Counted from the stretch's first letter, positions 29,575-40,117 are shown. The stretch: 64,000 nucleotides of DNA from an uncultured candidate division Zixibacteria bacterium (GCA_963702205.1 OY969724.1:512001-576000); one strand, 5' to 3'. Numbers and translations: made by a program. Notes: generated from the letters alone by a model not told the origin.

Positions 29575-31362
29575 TCACTTCACCGTCGCCGGTTGCTCGA
29601 CCGGGACAATCGCTTCGGGTTTACAAACCTGGGCACAGAGAGTACAACCGGTGCACAAAGTGGCGTCGATTAGCGCCTTGGGCAGACCGTTCTCGGCCTT
29701 TTCTTCGGACGGCAAAATCGCCGGGCAGCCGATCCGGAAACAGGCGCTGCAGCCGTTGCAGTCGTCGAGGTTGACGCGGTACGGCCGGTCGATGATGCGC
29801 TTGGGCATCAGGACACAGGCGCGCTGCGTGATAATCACCGACGGCCCGTCTTTGGCGGTTTCTTCTTTGACGACATCAATCGTGCCCTGGTAATCATAGG
29901 GATCGATTTCTCGGATATTGTTTTCTTCGACGCCCAGCGCCTTGCACAGCTCGGCAAAATTAACCTGCTTGGTTTCCTCACCCATGAGCGTGTGGCCGGT
30001 GGCCGGGTGCTGCTGGCCGCCGGTCATAGCGGTGATGCGGTTGTCGAGAATCATGACGGTTATATTGCTCTTGTTATAGACGGCGTCCAACAGACCGGTT
30101 ATGCCGGAGTGTAAGAAAGTCGAATCGCCCAGCACGGCCACCACGCCGTTCTGCGACGCGCCGACTTTGTCCATGCCGATGGCATTGCCGATCGACGCGC
30201 CCATACAGATACAACTGTCCATAGTCTGCAGCGGCGGCAGGACGCCGAGAGTGTAGCAGCCGATATCGCCGGTCACCGGCAGCTTGAGTTTTCTCAGGGC
30301 CATGAAGGCTCCGCGATGCGGACAGCCGGGGCACAATATCGGCGGCCTCGGAAACAGCGGTTCCGGTTCGAAATCGGCGCCTTTGGCTTCGCTTAAAAGC
30401 CCGGCTTCTTTCAGGCCGAGGGCGACTTTGTATGGCGACAGCTCGCCCAGCCGCGAGAAGTATTTCTTCCCCTCGATTTTTATCCCGGCGGCGTTGATTA
30501 TTTCCTCGTAGTACGGTTCCAGCTCTTCGACTACCAGCACGTGCTTGTGGGCTTCCACGAATTTTTTAATTTTATCCAGTGGCAGCGGAAAACCGAGACC
30601 GAGTTTGAAACAGTCAGAGTCGGGAATATTGTCTTTGACATACTGGTACGAAATCCCGCCAGTGATGATGCCAATATCCGAGCCGTTGTCTTCGGCGATA
30701 TTAAGATCGGTCTCTTCGGCGAATTTTCTGAGTTTCTCCAACCGTTCCGCTACGACGACGTGCCGCTTCTTGGCGTTGGCCGGAATCATGACGTACTTGG
30801 GCATGTCATGCTCAAACTTGAATTTGGGTGGGTCGATCGGATCGTACAGCTCGACAATCCCCTTCGAGTGCGAAATGCGGGTGGTCAGGCGAAGCATGAC
30901 CGGGGTATCGAACTGCTCTGAAATTTCAAGAGCGCGTTTGACGAAATCCTTGGCTTCCTGCGAATCGGACGGCTCCAGAAACGGTATCTGGGCAAACTTG
31001 GCGAAAAAGCGGTTGTCCTGCTCGTTCTGTGAGGAGTGCATCTCGGGATCGTCGGCCGATATGACCACAAACCCGGCCCGCACGCCGGTATAGGCGAAAG
31101 TCATAAACGGGTCGGCCGCGACGTTGAGGCCGACGTGCTTCATTGCCACCAGCGAGCGTCCGCCACCCAGCGAACCGCCGATACCGACTTCGAAGGCCAC
31201 CTTCTCGTTGGGCGACCATTCCGAGTAGATCGACTTGTACTGTGCGCCGATGGTTTCGAGAATTTCTGTTGACGGTGTTCCCGGGTAGGCCGAGGCCAGT
31301 TTGACACCGGCTTCATACGCTCCCCGCGCCACCGCTTCATTTCCGGATAGTATTTCTTTCAT
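29575..31362 (-). CDS. iorA: Indolepyruvate:ferredoxin oxidoreductase alpha subunit
   Basis: GNEAVARG, YPGTPSTE, MKHVGLNVA, CPGCPHR, GDIGCY, GDSTF.HSG; two C-terminal ferredoxin motifs. Confidence 0.96.
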   Translation of the reverse strand: MKEILSGNEAVARGAYEAGVKLASAYPGTPSTEILETIGAQYKSIYSEWSPNEKVAFEVGIGGSLGGGRSLVAMKHVGLNVAADPFMTFAYTGVRAGFVVISADDPEMHSSQNEQDNRFFAKFAQIPFLEPSDSQEAKDFVKRALEISEQFDTPVMLRLTTRISHSKGIVELYDPIDPPKFKFEHDMPKYVMIPANAKKRHVVVAERLEKLRKFAEETDLNIAEDNGSDIGIITGGISYQYVKDNIPDSDCFKLGLGFPLPLDKIKKFVEAHKHVLVVEELEPYYEEIINAAGIKIEGKKYFSRLGELSPYKVALGLKEAGLLSEAKGADFEPEPLFPRPPILCPGCPHRGAFMALRKLKLPVTGDIGCYTLGVLPPLQTMDSCICMGASIGNAIGMDKVGASQNGVVAVLGDSTFLHSGITGLLDAVYNKSNITVMILDNRITAMTGGQQHPATGHTLMGEETKQVNFAELCKALGVEENNIREIDPYDYQGTIDVVKEETAKDGPSVIITQRACVLMPKRIIDRPYRVNLDDCNGCSACFRIGCPAILPSEEKAENGLPKALIDATLCTGCTLCAQVCKPEAIVPVEQPATVK

Positions 31363-31572
31363 ATATATTCTCAAATGTTTAGTAATTAAGTTTTCCTGAG
31401 CCTAATTATAACAGAAAGCGCCCGCCGGCGCAACCGGTCGCAACAAGAAATAGAGATTGCCCGAAACAACTGCAGGGTCTATATTAATACACGGAATCGA
31501 TGATTTCTCGTGTGCCAAGAATTCTATACTTTTGACGATAGGCTTGAATTTTAAAATTCATGGGGGAATCAA

Positions 31573-31803
31573 ATGGCGCATTCAGTTTACAAATCAATCG
31601 TCCAAGCTGTTAAGAACGGAATATTAAAGGAGCCATTTAGAGCCGAAGATGTAAAACAAAGTTGTCCCGGATTTGCAGATAGAACCTATTCCAACTTCCT
31701 GCCAAAACATAGGAAGGGAAATCCGACCGATAAGTCAGAATTGTTTGAACAATTACCTTCTGGAGCATATAAATTGATTAGGCCATATAAGTATGGATTA
31801 TAA
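31573..31803 (+). CDS. Small AT-rich hypothetical protein (76 aa)
   Basis: GGGGGA RBS; clean ORF in an otherwise intergenic AT-rich segment. Confidence 0.65.
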   Translation: MAHSVYKSIVQAVKNGILKEPFRAEDVKQSCPGFADRTYSNFLPKHRKGNPTDKSELFEQLPSGAYKLIRPYKYGL

Positions 31804-31915
31804 TTATTATTAGTGGTGACAAGAAGATTGCTTAATAGCAAATTAGCAAAATTGGGGACTATTTTTTTAAATAATACAATATAAATCTATTAGTCTTCTA
31901 GACTTTATGCTCGTT

Positions 31916-32704
31916 TCATTTCAAACCATGCGACTTTATCCATTTTTCAATACGAATTTGGGTATTGCTTGAAGACCGCATGGTACGTCTACCTCTTTTC
32001 GTCCCAAGCGCCCACAGGGTTGGACTTAAAAAAAGCATTATCATGCCTAATATTCCCAATACTCTTAAATAAAACATTGGAGTTCCAAAAAGCCCCAGGA
32101 TTATTGCAATTACCAATAAAACAAGACCCACAGCCATTAAGTATTTAATAAGATTTGAGTCCCGAATTTGGGTAATTTTACTTACTCCCTTAATTCGCCC
32201 ATAAATTGAAACATTTTCGTTTGCATCATCCAATATTACGCGTAATTCAAAAGAGTCCTGCGGATTTATTAATGCTGGCTGAAACGTCAAAAGGTTGTTA
32301 GAAACCTCCAAACACATTTCCAAATTAGACGGGGCCACATCTATAATATCCGCGGAGAGGATTTCGTTTTTTTCACCAAAAGCAATGGAAACCGGCTTTA
32401 CAAAATCTTCTACTAGGATTGATTCATTTCCAGAATTTATAAAGTTAAAACGTAAAATGATTGGATTCTTGACAGGTTTGTCATCAAAAAGGATCTTTAA
32501 TCGATCTTTGGTTTGTTTGTTTAAGAAATATAATGGCTCTACGGCTAATACTTCATATGCAAAAGCTTTCTTATTTTTTTGCTTATAATATATGACAATC
32601 ATTGTAATTATTGTAATAACTGCAAGACCACAGTAAATAAGAAATTTGTAGTCAAAAATTATTGGATCTGAATTCATCCTACAATACTCCCGCAAAACAG
32701 ACAA
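31916..32704 (-). CDS. AT-rich hypothetical membrane protein (N-terminal TM, two C-terminal TMs)
   Basis: Hydrophobic segments; NSGNESILVEDF..P motif; start may be at 32677. Confidence 0.7.
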   Translation of the reverse strand: MSVLREYCRMNSDPIIFDYKFLIYCGLAVITIITMIVIYYKQKNKKAFAYEVLAVEPLYFLNKQTKDRLKILFDDKPVKNPIILRFNFINSGNESILVEDFVKPVSIAFGEKNEILSADIIDVAPSNLEMCLEVSNNLLTFQPALINPQDSFELRVILDDANENVSIYGRIKGVSKITQIRDSNLIKYLMAVGLVLLVIAIILGLFGTPMFYLRVLGILGMIMLFLSPTLWALGTKRGRRTMRSSSNTQIRIEKWIKSHGLK

Positions 32705-32783
32705 TTCGATTGCGATAAATATATCGTGATTTGTTCACCTATTCAAGCGGAAATTATAGAGCATTGCGGGGTGGTCCGACATT

Positions 32784-33941
32784 CTATGTCGGGGTTCTTA
32801 AGCCAACCGCCGCCTCGTTCGGTATCTTCGTCGCGAAAAACATATCCACCGCCACGATTACCGCTCCGGCAATGAAAGTCACCTGATAGCCGAACAGATT
32901 CCACGCCAGACCGCCGATCACGGGGATTATTATAGCCGTCACGTGGTTCATAGTCATCCCGAACGACAAACAGCCGGTCAGGTCTTCTTCGCTGGCGATT
33001 TTGCGCAGGTAGGACTTAAGCGCTATCGACGACCCAAACAGGGCGTTGTCGATCAGGAAGAAGGCTATCAGCGCCGGCATGAAAGATACATAGGCGTAGC
33101 CGGTGAAGATAAAAACGAGAATGAGCGACGACCCGACCAAAATTACGCGCTCGCCGAACCGATCGCTGATGTGACCGATCAGACGGTGCGTAAAAATAGT
33201 CACGAAGCTGTTGGCGACGAACACGATTGAAATAATCGCAATCGACAGACCGTGATTTTTGACAAGCAGGAAAATCGCGAAGGTCGTGAAAATGTGGCGG
33301 CGGCAGCCGCGCAGAAAAGACAGAGTATAGTACAGCCAGTATTTTTTCTTGGGCCTGGCGCGGCGCAGCTCGCCGATGCCCCGGTTGACCGGAAGGGCGA
33401 TCAACAAGTAGAGACCAACCAGGCAAATCGCTCCACCGAGGATATAAAACGCTATCCGGTAGTCGAAGGCGAAAGTCAGGCTCAAAACGAGCACCCCGGC
33501 CGCCAGTCCGGCCATCGACTCGAACGACAGGTATTTTCCCTGTATGTTTCCGTACTGCCCCTGTTTGGCCAGCAAGAGCAGCTGCGATGAATTGCTGGGC
33601 TCGAAATAATGAAATCCCAGCGACATCAGGAAAGTGGCCGCACCCAATAAAACCAGCGACGGCGACGCACCGGTCAGGATCAGACCGAGGGCCATGACAA
33701 CTATCGAGGCGGCCGCCAGCTTCGACTCGGAAAACCTCAGCGCCAACGCCCCGACTCCGAAGGCCAGAAAGCCCGGGATCTCCCGGACGGCCTGAATGAT
33801 GCCGATATCGGTGGCGGAAGCGTTAAAAGTCTCCACCGCGAAATTATTGAACATAATCCGCCAGATAAGAAAACCGATATATAAAGTAATATTGGAGAAC
33901 GTAAGCGTCGCGAAGGTGATTTTCTTGATCCCGAGAGGCAT
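32784..33941 (-). CDS. MFS transporter
   Basis: About 12 hydrophobic segments; GHISDRFGER motif. Confidence 0.88.
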   Translation of the reverse strand: MPLGIKKITFATLTFSNITLYIGFLIWRIMFNNFAVETFNASATDIGIIQAVREIPGFLAFGVGALALRFSESKLAAASIVVMALGLILTGASPSLVLLGAATFLMSLGFHYFEPSNSSQLLLLAKQGQYGNIQGKYLSFESMAGLAAGVLVLSLTFAFDYRIAFYILGGAICLVGLYLLIALPVNRGIGELRRARPKKKYWLYYTLSFLRGCRRHIFTTFAIFLLVKNHGLSIAIISIVFVANSFVTIFTHRLIGHISDRFGERVILVGSSLILVFIFTGYAYVSFMPALIAFFLIDNALFGSSIALKSYLRKIASEEDLTGCLSFGMTMNHVTAIIIPVIGGLAWNLFGYQVTFIAGAVIVAVDMFFATKIPNEAAVGLRTPT

Positions 33942-34071
33942 AACCGTAGTAAAATAATAAATATAATGCGGGATGGCCGTGTAAATATCGTTTCATCTAT
34001 AAAAAAACAGGCCAAAAGAGCGGTTGACTGATAAAGACCGGCTTTGGTATATTCAGGAAAAAGGAAAATAT

Positions 34072-35412
34072 ATGAATTTCGATAGCTCGATTTTTAAAGC
34101 CTATGACATACGAGGTACATTTCCCGATCAACTAAACGCGGATATGGCGTATGCAATCGGCAATGCCCTGGCCGGATATCTCAAGCCGACGTCGATTGCC
34201 ATCGGCCGCGATATGAGGCTATCATCCGATGAGTTATTCGAAGCGCTGTCGCGGGGGATTGTCGATGCCGGGGTCGATGCCGTCGATCTGGGCCGGATCT
34301 CCACCGACGCCCTCTATTTCGCGGTCGGGAAATTCGACTATGACGGCGGCGTTATGATTACGGCCAGTCACAATCCAAAACAATATAACGGCTTTAAAAT
34401 CTGCCGCAAACAGGCCCTGCCTTTGTCCGGCAAAGAGGGTTTGGATAAGATAAAGGAAATGATCGAAAACGACCAGTCCGTCAAATCGCCGTCGCGGGGG
34501 AATATCAACCGCAAAGACGTCCTCGAGGACTATGCCGCCCACTGCCTGACGTTTATCGATGTATCGAAAATAAAACCGTTTAAGGTGGTCGTGGATGCTG
34601 GCAACGGCATGGCCGGGGCGACGGTTCCGTCCGTTTTCGAGAAGCTCCCACTGGAGATTATCCCTCTCTATTTCGATCCCGACGGGTCATTTCCCAACCA
34701 CCCCGCTTCTCCCATCGAGCTGGAAAATCTGGCCGACCTTATTAAAAAGATCAAAGAGGTCGGCGCTGATTTTGGGGCGGCTTTCGACGGTGACGCCGAC
34801 CGCATGTTTCTGGTCGATAGAAACGGGCGGCAGATCGGCGGGGACATGGTTACGGCCATAGTGGCCGACAATCTTCTGAGCAAATATCCCGGCGAAACTA
34901 TTCTGTATAATATCATCTGCTCCAGGGCGGTCCCGGAACTGATCAAGAGAAAAGGCGGCACGGCCATACGCACGAGAGTTGGGCACGCCTTCATTAAGCC
35001 GCTTATGAAAAAGAATAATGCGATTTTCGGCGGCGAGCATTCAGGACATTTTTATTTTCGCGATTTCTGGTTTGCCGATTCAGGGCTGGTGGCTTTTCTG
35101 GTTTGTCTGGAACTGCTCAGCCAGAACGACAAGCCGCTTGACGAAATTGTCCGGGCCATCGACCCCTATTTTCGTTCCGGCGAGATTAACAGCCGGGTCG
35201 AATCGGCGCGCGAAGTGATTGAAAAAGTGGCTGAGGCCTTTGCCGACGGTGAGCAGGACCGGACCGACGGCCTGACCGTATATAAGAACGATTTCTGGTT
35301 TAACCTGAGGCCGTCGAATACCGAGCCTTTGATAAGGCTTAATGTCGAGGCCAACTCTAAAGAGATTCTGGACAAGCGGACCGAGGAAATCCTGAAGATC
35401 GTCCGCACTTAA
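34072..35412 (+). CDS. manB: Phosphomannomutase/phosphoglucomutase
   Basis: IFKAYDIRG, ITASHNP, DGDADR, GEHSGH, LRPSNTEP. Confidence 0.93.
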   Translation: MNFDSSIFKAYDIRGTFPDQLNADMAYAIGNALAGYLKPTSIAIGRDMRLSSDELFEALSRGIVDAGVDAVDLGRISTDALYFAVGKFDYDGGVMITASHNPKQYNGFKICRKQALPLSGKEGLDKIKEMIENDQSVKSPSRGNINRKDVLEDYAAHCLTFIDVSKIKPFKVVVDAGNGMAGATVPSVFEKLPLEIIPLYFDPDGSFPNHPASPIELENLADLIKKIKEVGADFGAAFDGDADRMFLVDRNGRQIGGDMVTAIVADNLLSKYPGETILYNIICSRAVPELIKRKGGTAIRTRVGHAFIKPLMKKNNAIFGGEHSGHFYFRDFWFADSGLVAFLVCLELLSQNDKPLDEIVRAIDPYFRSGEINSRVESAREVIEKVAEAFADGEQDRTDGLTVYKNDFWFNLRPSNTEPLIRLNVEANSKEILDKRTEEILKIVRT

Positions 35413-35436
35413 TCATAGAAAATACTCCGTACAAGC

Positions 35437-35465
35437 CAAAGCCCCCGGTTGAATGGGGGCTTTGG
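35437..35465. terminator. Hairpin between convergent genes, probable terminator
   Basis: CCAAAGCCCCC-N8-GGGGGCTTTGG. Confidence 0.7.
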
Positions 35466-35493
35466 AATTTATGCTGAAGAAGTAAAGTTTAGA

Positions 35494-38031
35494 TTACTTC
35501 AGGAGCATCATTTTTCTGGTGGCGACTTTATCGCCGGCCTTGACGGTATAGAAGTATACACCGCTGGCCAGACCGGTCGCATCCCAGGTTTCGACGACGT
35601 CACCGATACCGTGACCGTTGATTTCGTCGACTTTCTGACCCTGGAGGTTGTAGATCGTGATGGAATAATCGGTCTCCGAGGGCAGTTCGATGCTGAAGCT
35701 GGTGCTCGGGTTGAACGGGTTCGGGTAGTTCTGCTTCAGTGCGAAATCGGTCGGCAAGACTGTGGCACTATAGATCTGTCCATAGTAGTCGGCCGCTTCG
35801 ACGCTGACCAGGGTACCACCGGAAACGTTCAAGACGTTACCGGCCTCAAGCACGTTGTGGTCCATGCTGTAAACCAGGGCCCGGGTCTGTCCATCGACAT
35901 AACCGGTCTTGATTTGCATGTTCATGGCCTCATGAGCCAGTGAAACGCTGGCCTGTCCGTCAAACACAAACAGGGCCGCACCGACCTCTTTGTTGACTCC
36001 AACGGTACCGTCACCATAGGAGACACTAAGGTCGCCGCCGGCCGTCAGTTTGGCATACGGCAGAGCGTCGCCGACGATCACCCGAATCAGGTAAACCAGG
36101 TCAGCCACCGAAAGAACAATACCGTCGGCATTGATATCGGTCGCCGCCGTCTGACCTTCCACGTTGACCGTGAAGGCCGCCAGGCCGCTGATGAAGTAGT
36201 TGGTGAAGACTACCGCATCGGCGATTTCATTGGAAATACCGTTCAGGTTGACGTCGCCGCGGGCGTCGATGTCTTCCGAACAGATGATGTCGACACCACC
36301 GTCACGGAAGATGATCGCTCCCAGCGGGAAGTTCTTGATAACGCCTTCACTGGTTTGTGTGAAGAAATCATAACAAGTGTCAGCCGGCCCACTGTATCCA
36401 TAGGTGCCCGGGTCGGTGACCAGATCACCTTCGAAAGTATAAACGGCCTGGCCCAGATACAGCCAGTTACCGTTCTCGCTCGACAGGGTATTGTCGGCAC
36501 AGTCGAGCCAGAAGAAACGGACCGGAACAAACTGACATTCCAACGTCCGATCGTTGGCCACGAAGAACTGGATCGTCGCCAGTTCGCCGGGACCGGCCAC
36601 GTGATTCGGGTTGGTGACGCCGTCATTCTGCTCGCGCAGAGCGACGATGCGCATCATGCCCGAAGGACAACCGCTGCCGCAGTTCCCGAAAGGACCAAAA
36701 CGATACGTGAAATATTCAAATTCCGTGTCAATCAGATCGCCCGGAGCGGCCGACATCGCCGTCAACGCCGAAGCGTCATAAGCTACCAGGAAGTCGAAAC
36801 CACCCAGCAGATCGACAATGAACGGGCCCGTGTAGGCCGAATCGATAAAGATGGAAACCGTCGTATAGTGGCCCTGAAGTTGGTCGTGGACCTTCTCAAT
36901 CGAAACCGCAAAGCCAATCACATGAATCTTATAGCAGGCCGTATCGGCATTCGTCGGACTGCACGGATCGCAGGTGTTGGCACCGTCGGTCACGCTCACG
37001 CACAACGTGAAGTCACCGAGGTAGTCCGGCTCGTTGAGAATGTCCCAGGACCAGGCGCCGGTCGCGTCATCTAAATCCATCGTTCCGGGACCATCAAAGC
37101 TGACCAGTTCGTATAGCAGGCTCGAAGGACCGCCGTCGGGATCGCTGGCATCAACGTCACCCGTGAGGGTAACACCCCAGACGGACATAATCGTGTCAGC
37201 ATCGGCCTGCGGGTTGGTAATCTCCGGAGGAGTGTTCTGGACGCACACATTGAAGCTGCAGTCGGCGGTCGCGCCGCAAGCATCGGTTACCTGAACCGTA
37301 ACCTCATGGTCGCAAACGTCGTCGCCACCGGTCTGCCACTGATAATGACCACTCGAATTGACCGTGCCCGGACCGGCTGTGACCGCAAAGCTGAGGGCTT
37401 CGCAGCCATTAACCAGATCGTCATCGTCAAAGGTCATGTCAGCTTCAACAAGGTCGCCCCAATGAACAGTCTGGTCGCCCGGACATGAAATGGTCGGAAC
37501 CTGATTGACCATCGTCACCGTGCCGGCCGTCACCGTCGTCGCCAAAGCTTCGATCGGGTCGCAGCCAACCAGAGTGGTGGCAAAGTCAATGGAACTGCCG
37601 CAGGGTGAGTCGCCGGTCAACGTCGTTGCGTCAACCGTCACCGAGCCGTCACAGACGTCAGCCATGGTCAGTGAAATCTGACCGACTACCATCGGGAACG
37701 AACTCAGACAGGCATCACCCGCGTCAATCTTCATGGCCGCCACGTGAAACGTGCCGGTCGTCGGTTCCTGTAAGACGCGTTCATTGAGAACCGTCAAACC
37801 ACTTGCAAAGTCGAAGGCGACCGTAGTATAGTCACCGGAGACTTGAAAGACCAACTCAAATGCACTCAGATCCGTAGGACTATCAATCGTCACATTCAGT
37901 ATCACATCCGTACAGCGCTGGACATTCTTCGATTGAAACGTCACTTCTTGCGCTACCGAATAGGAGAATCCGAATACCAGAAGGAACGAGGCCAGCAGTA
38001 AAGATATGGTCAATTTTCTTTTTTGCATCAT
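35494..38031 (-). CDS. Secreted Cys-rich surface protein: cohesin-like, Ig-like, cohesin-like, dockerin and C-terminal T9SS-like domains
   Basis: Signal peptide; LGGFDFLVAYDASAL (cohesin-like); GDVNLNG...ATDINADGIVLSVADLVYLIRVIVG (dockerin); LKQNYPNPFNPST...RKMMLLK. Confidence 0.82.
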   Translation of the reverse strand: MMQKRKLTISLLLASFLLVFGFSYSVAQEVTFQSKNVQRCTDVILNVTIDSPTDLSAFELVFQVSGDYTTVAFDFASGLTVLNERVLQEPTTGTFHVAAMKIDAGDACLSSFPMVVGQISLTMADVCDGSVTVDATTLTGDSPCGSSIDFATTLVGCDPIEALATTVTAGTVTMVNQVPTISCPGDQTVHWGDLVEADMTFDDDDLVNGCEALSFAVTAGPGTVNSSGHYQWQTGGDDVCDHEVTVQVTDACGATADCSFNVCVQNTPPEITNPQADADTIMSVWGVTLTGDVDASDPDGGPSSLLYELVSFDGPGTMDLDDATGAWSWDILNEPDYLGDFTLCVSVTDGANTCDPCSPTNADTACYKIHVIGFAVSIEKVHDQLQGHYTTVSIFIDSAYTGPFIVDLLGGFDFLVAYDASALTAMSAAPGDLIDTEFEYFTYRFGPFGNCGSGCPSGMMRIVALREQNDGVTNPNHVAGPGELATIQFFVANDRTLECQFVPVRFFWLDCADNTLSSENGNWLYLGQAVYTFEGDLVTDPGTYGYSGPADTCYDFFTQTSEGVIKNFPLGAIIFRDGGVDIICSEDIDARGDVNLNGISNEIADAVVFTNYFISGLAAFTVNVEGQTAATDINADGIVLSVADLVYLIRVIVGDALPYAKLTAGGDLSVSYGDGTVGVNKEVGAALFVFDGQASVSLAHEAMNMQIKTGYVDGQTRALVYSMDHNVLEAGNVLNVSGGTLVSVEAADYYGQIYSATVLPTDFALKQNYPNPFNPSTSFSIELPSETDYSITIYNLQGQKVDEINGHGIGDVVETWDATGLASGVYFYTVKAGDKVATRKMMLLK

Positions 38032-38427
38032 TATAATGCTCCTTTAAAGACTTTAAAGTTCATTAAAGGTAATAGGTATCTTTCTGCCTGAAACAGTTAA
38101 TTACGGATTACCTGTTCCATCCGAACTTGTGCTACCGAGGTGTCGGAATTACCCCGAAACTTATCCCGTAAACCTCATGGATGACAGATGTAAAGCATGG
38201 ATGGATAGCGATTGTTAAGGTTCAACAGGATTAGTATTTATGTGAGTTTCTGGAATATCTGAAGATTACAGGATGTATCTATCTATTAGACCATCTCTAA
38301 ATCTTGTAAAGGCCATGTCTTGAAGTTCTTTTGTGGACCAACTCTATTTGCTTCTTAGAGTTGAAAGGTGCTAACCGATTCTTAACAGAAGCGTTTCTTA
38401 CAACACAACTATTCCCTGGACATCATC

Positions 38428-38455
38428 AAAATAACCACTAACCAACATTTGTCAA
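38428..38455 (-). promoter_or_regulatory. Candidate promoter of the 845-aa gene (implies a ~390-nt leader)
   Basis: TTGACA-N16-TATTTT. Confidence 0.4.
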
Positions 38456-38706
38456 GAACTTTTATACAATATTACCATAATATGACATGACGTAGTTATG
38501 ATGCCCGGGAGAATTACATCGATTTAAGCCCGTAGTCTTTGAGCCATAAAAAACAAGACCAAGTCACTTCACGCCATTTCAAATGTCATTTTCAAAGATC
38601 CGGATAAGATATCCAGCTCGATTTTTACCGTCACGCGGAGACCTGAACATAGGCATAAAAAATGCCCCCCAAGCGCCGATTCGAGACTGACGAGGCAAAG
38701 CATGGT

Positions 38707-38788
38707 ATGTGAATATATTCACAATACCTAAGCAAACAGGCAACGCACAGATCAAATTAATAACTTCATATTGTGAAAAATATCACAT
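38707..38788. promoter_or_regulatory. Two TGTGA-N6-TCACA (Rex/CRP-type) boxes
   Basis: ATGTGAATATATTCACAA at 38707-38724 and TTGTGAAAAATATCACAT at 38771-38788. Confidence 0.6.
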
Positions 38789-38835
38789 TATATGGTTTGA
38801 ATTTACCCCGAAAACTCATTAATATTTGAACGATT

Positions 38836-40113
38836 TCAGAAGGTGTATGTCAGGCTCGACGAAAGCAAATAGATGCGGTTGTCATCGGAATCAACCTTGT
38901 GCCACTGCCACTCGGATGAAAAAATCACGTCCAGCGCGAGGGCTTTCCAGACCGAAATATTGCCGATGAGGCTGACCCGATCGAAAGTATATTTGGAATA
39001 AAATTCGGGATTGTCGGGATAGGTTCTCGACCCCAATTCGTTTTCCAAAAGCAACAGAACCTGCCCATATGAGTAGTAATCTAATTCCGTGTTCAGGAGG
39101 TATTCAAGGTAATCGTCGTCTGCCTCGAAACCGGTTTTGATCGACAGGATTTCTATCCCCGGTCCGGCCGCGAGGCTAAGATCGCCCGATACCATCTCGG
39201 CCAACAGGTCGGTTTTAATTATGGCATAATCGTCGTTTATGAATTCAGATGACGTGTAATCGAAATATTCCAGATTGCCTTTGGCCAGAATGTTGAATTT
39301 TCCGGCCACCGGCTGTCTCTGAAGAATTATTGCCGAAAGATATAAATAGTCGTTCTGGTCTTCCGGGGCGGCGTAATTTTTGTATTCCAGTGCCGCTTCG
39401 GCGTTCAGCTGGCCGCCGAAAAATGACCCCATATAGCCCGCCCCGCCCCGAACCATTTTATAATCCAGATAGGACGAATCGGGCACGGTGCGGGATTCGA
39501 GCCCGATCGAGCCATAGACATTGTTAAAGCTCGGCGTGAACCATGAAAAGTCAATTTTGCCGCCGATTCGGTGATAATTGTAGATGTAGCTTTCCAGCGA
39601 ATCGAAAGTGACTTTTTCAAGATAAGTCGTGACCTGGGTCCGGACGGCGTCGGACAGCCGGGCGCTCAGACCGATTCGGCCGTAGACCACGCTCAGATCC
39701 TCGCCGGGTTCGGCGGTGCCATCGTAGCGTTTCTTTATCTCGAGCCGGGTATCGGCCAGAAAGGCCAGAGTGTCACTGCCGGTCTTTAGCCTGCCCCAAC
39801 CGACGGCCCGGAAATTCTCGGGAGTCTGTTCCCACCCGATTTCGGCCGAATTATTGACATATTTGCCGGGAGCATATTTCAGATAAACGAGACCCTTTTT
39901 GTCATCGAGATATTCGCGTTTGAGCAAGCTTAGATTGACCGAATCGACAATGCCATCGTATCGCAGGGAATCATAGAAATACTCCTGCGATATGAAATCG
40001 TAGCCGAGCCCGGCACGAATCGAAAAATCGCCGGAGTCATCGGTTCGGGCAACTCCGGCGAATAAAATCGTTCCGGCGATCGAAATCAGGATGCTGAATA
40101 TAAAGCTTTTCAA
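38836..40113 (-). CDS. Putative outer-membrane beta-barrel protein
   Basis: Signal peptide, alternating aromatic-rich strands, C-terminal LTYTF. Confidence 0.75.
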   Translation of the reverse strand: MKSFIFSILISIAGTILFAGVARTDDSGDFSIRAGLGYDFISQEYFYDSLRYDGIVDSVNLSLLKREYLDDKKGLVYLKYAPGKYVNNSAEIGWEQTPENFRAVGWGRLKTGSDTLAFLADTRLEIKKRYDGTAEPGEDLSVVYGRIGLSARLSDAVRTQVTTYLEKVTFDSLESYIYNYHRIGGKIDFSWFTPSFNNVYGSIGLESRTVPDSSYLDYKMVRGGAGYMGSFFGGQLNAEAALEYKNYAAPEDQNDYLYLSAIILQRQPVAGKFNILAKGNLEYFDYTSSEFINDDYAIIKTDLLAEMVSGDLSLAAGPGIEILSIKTGFEADDDYLEYLLNTELDYYSYGQVLLLLENELGSRTYPDNPEFYSKYTFDRVSLIGNISVWKALALDVIFSSEWQWHKVDSDDNRIYLLSSSLTYTF

Positions 40114-40117
40114 GTCT

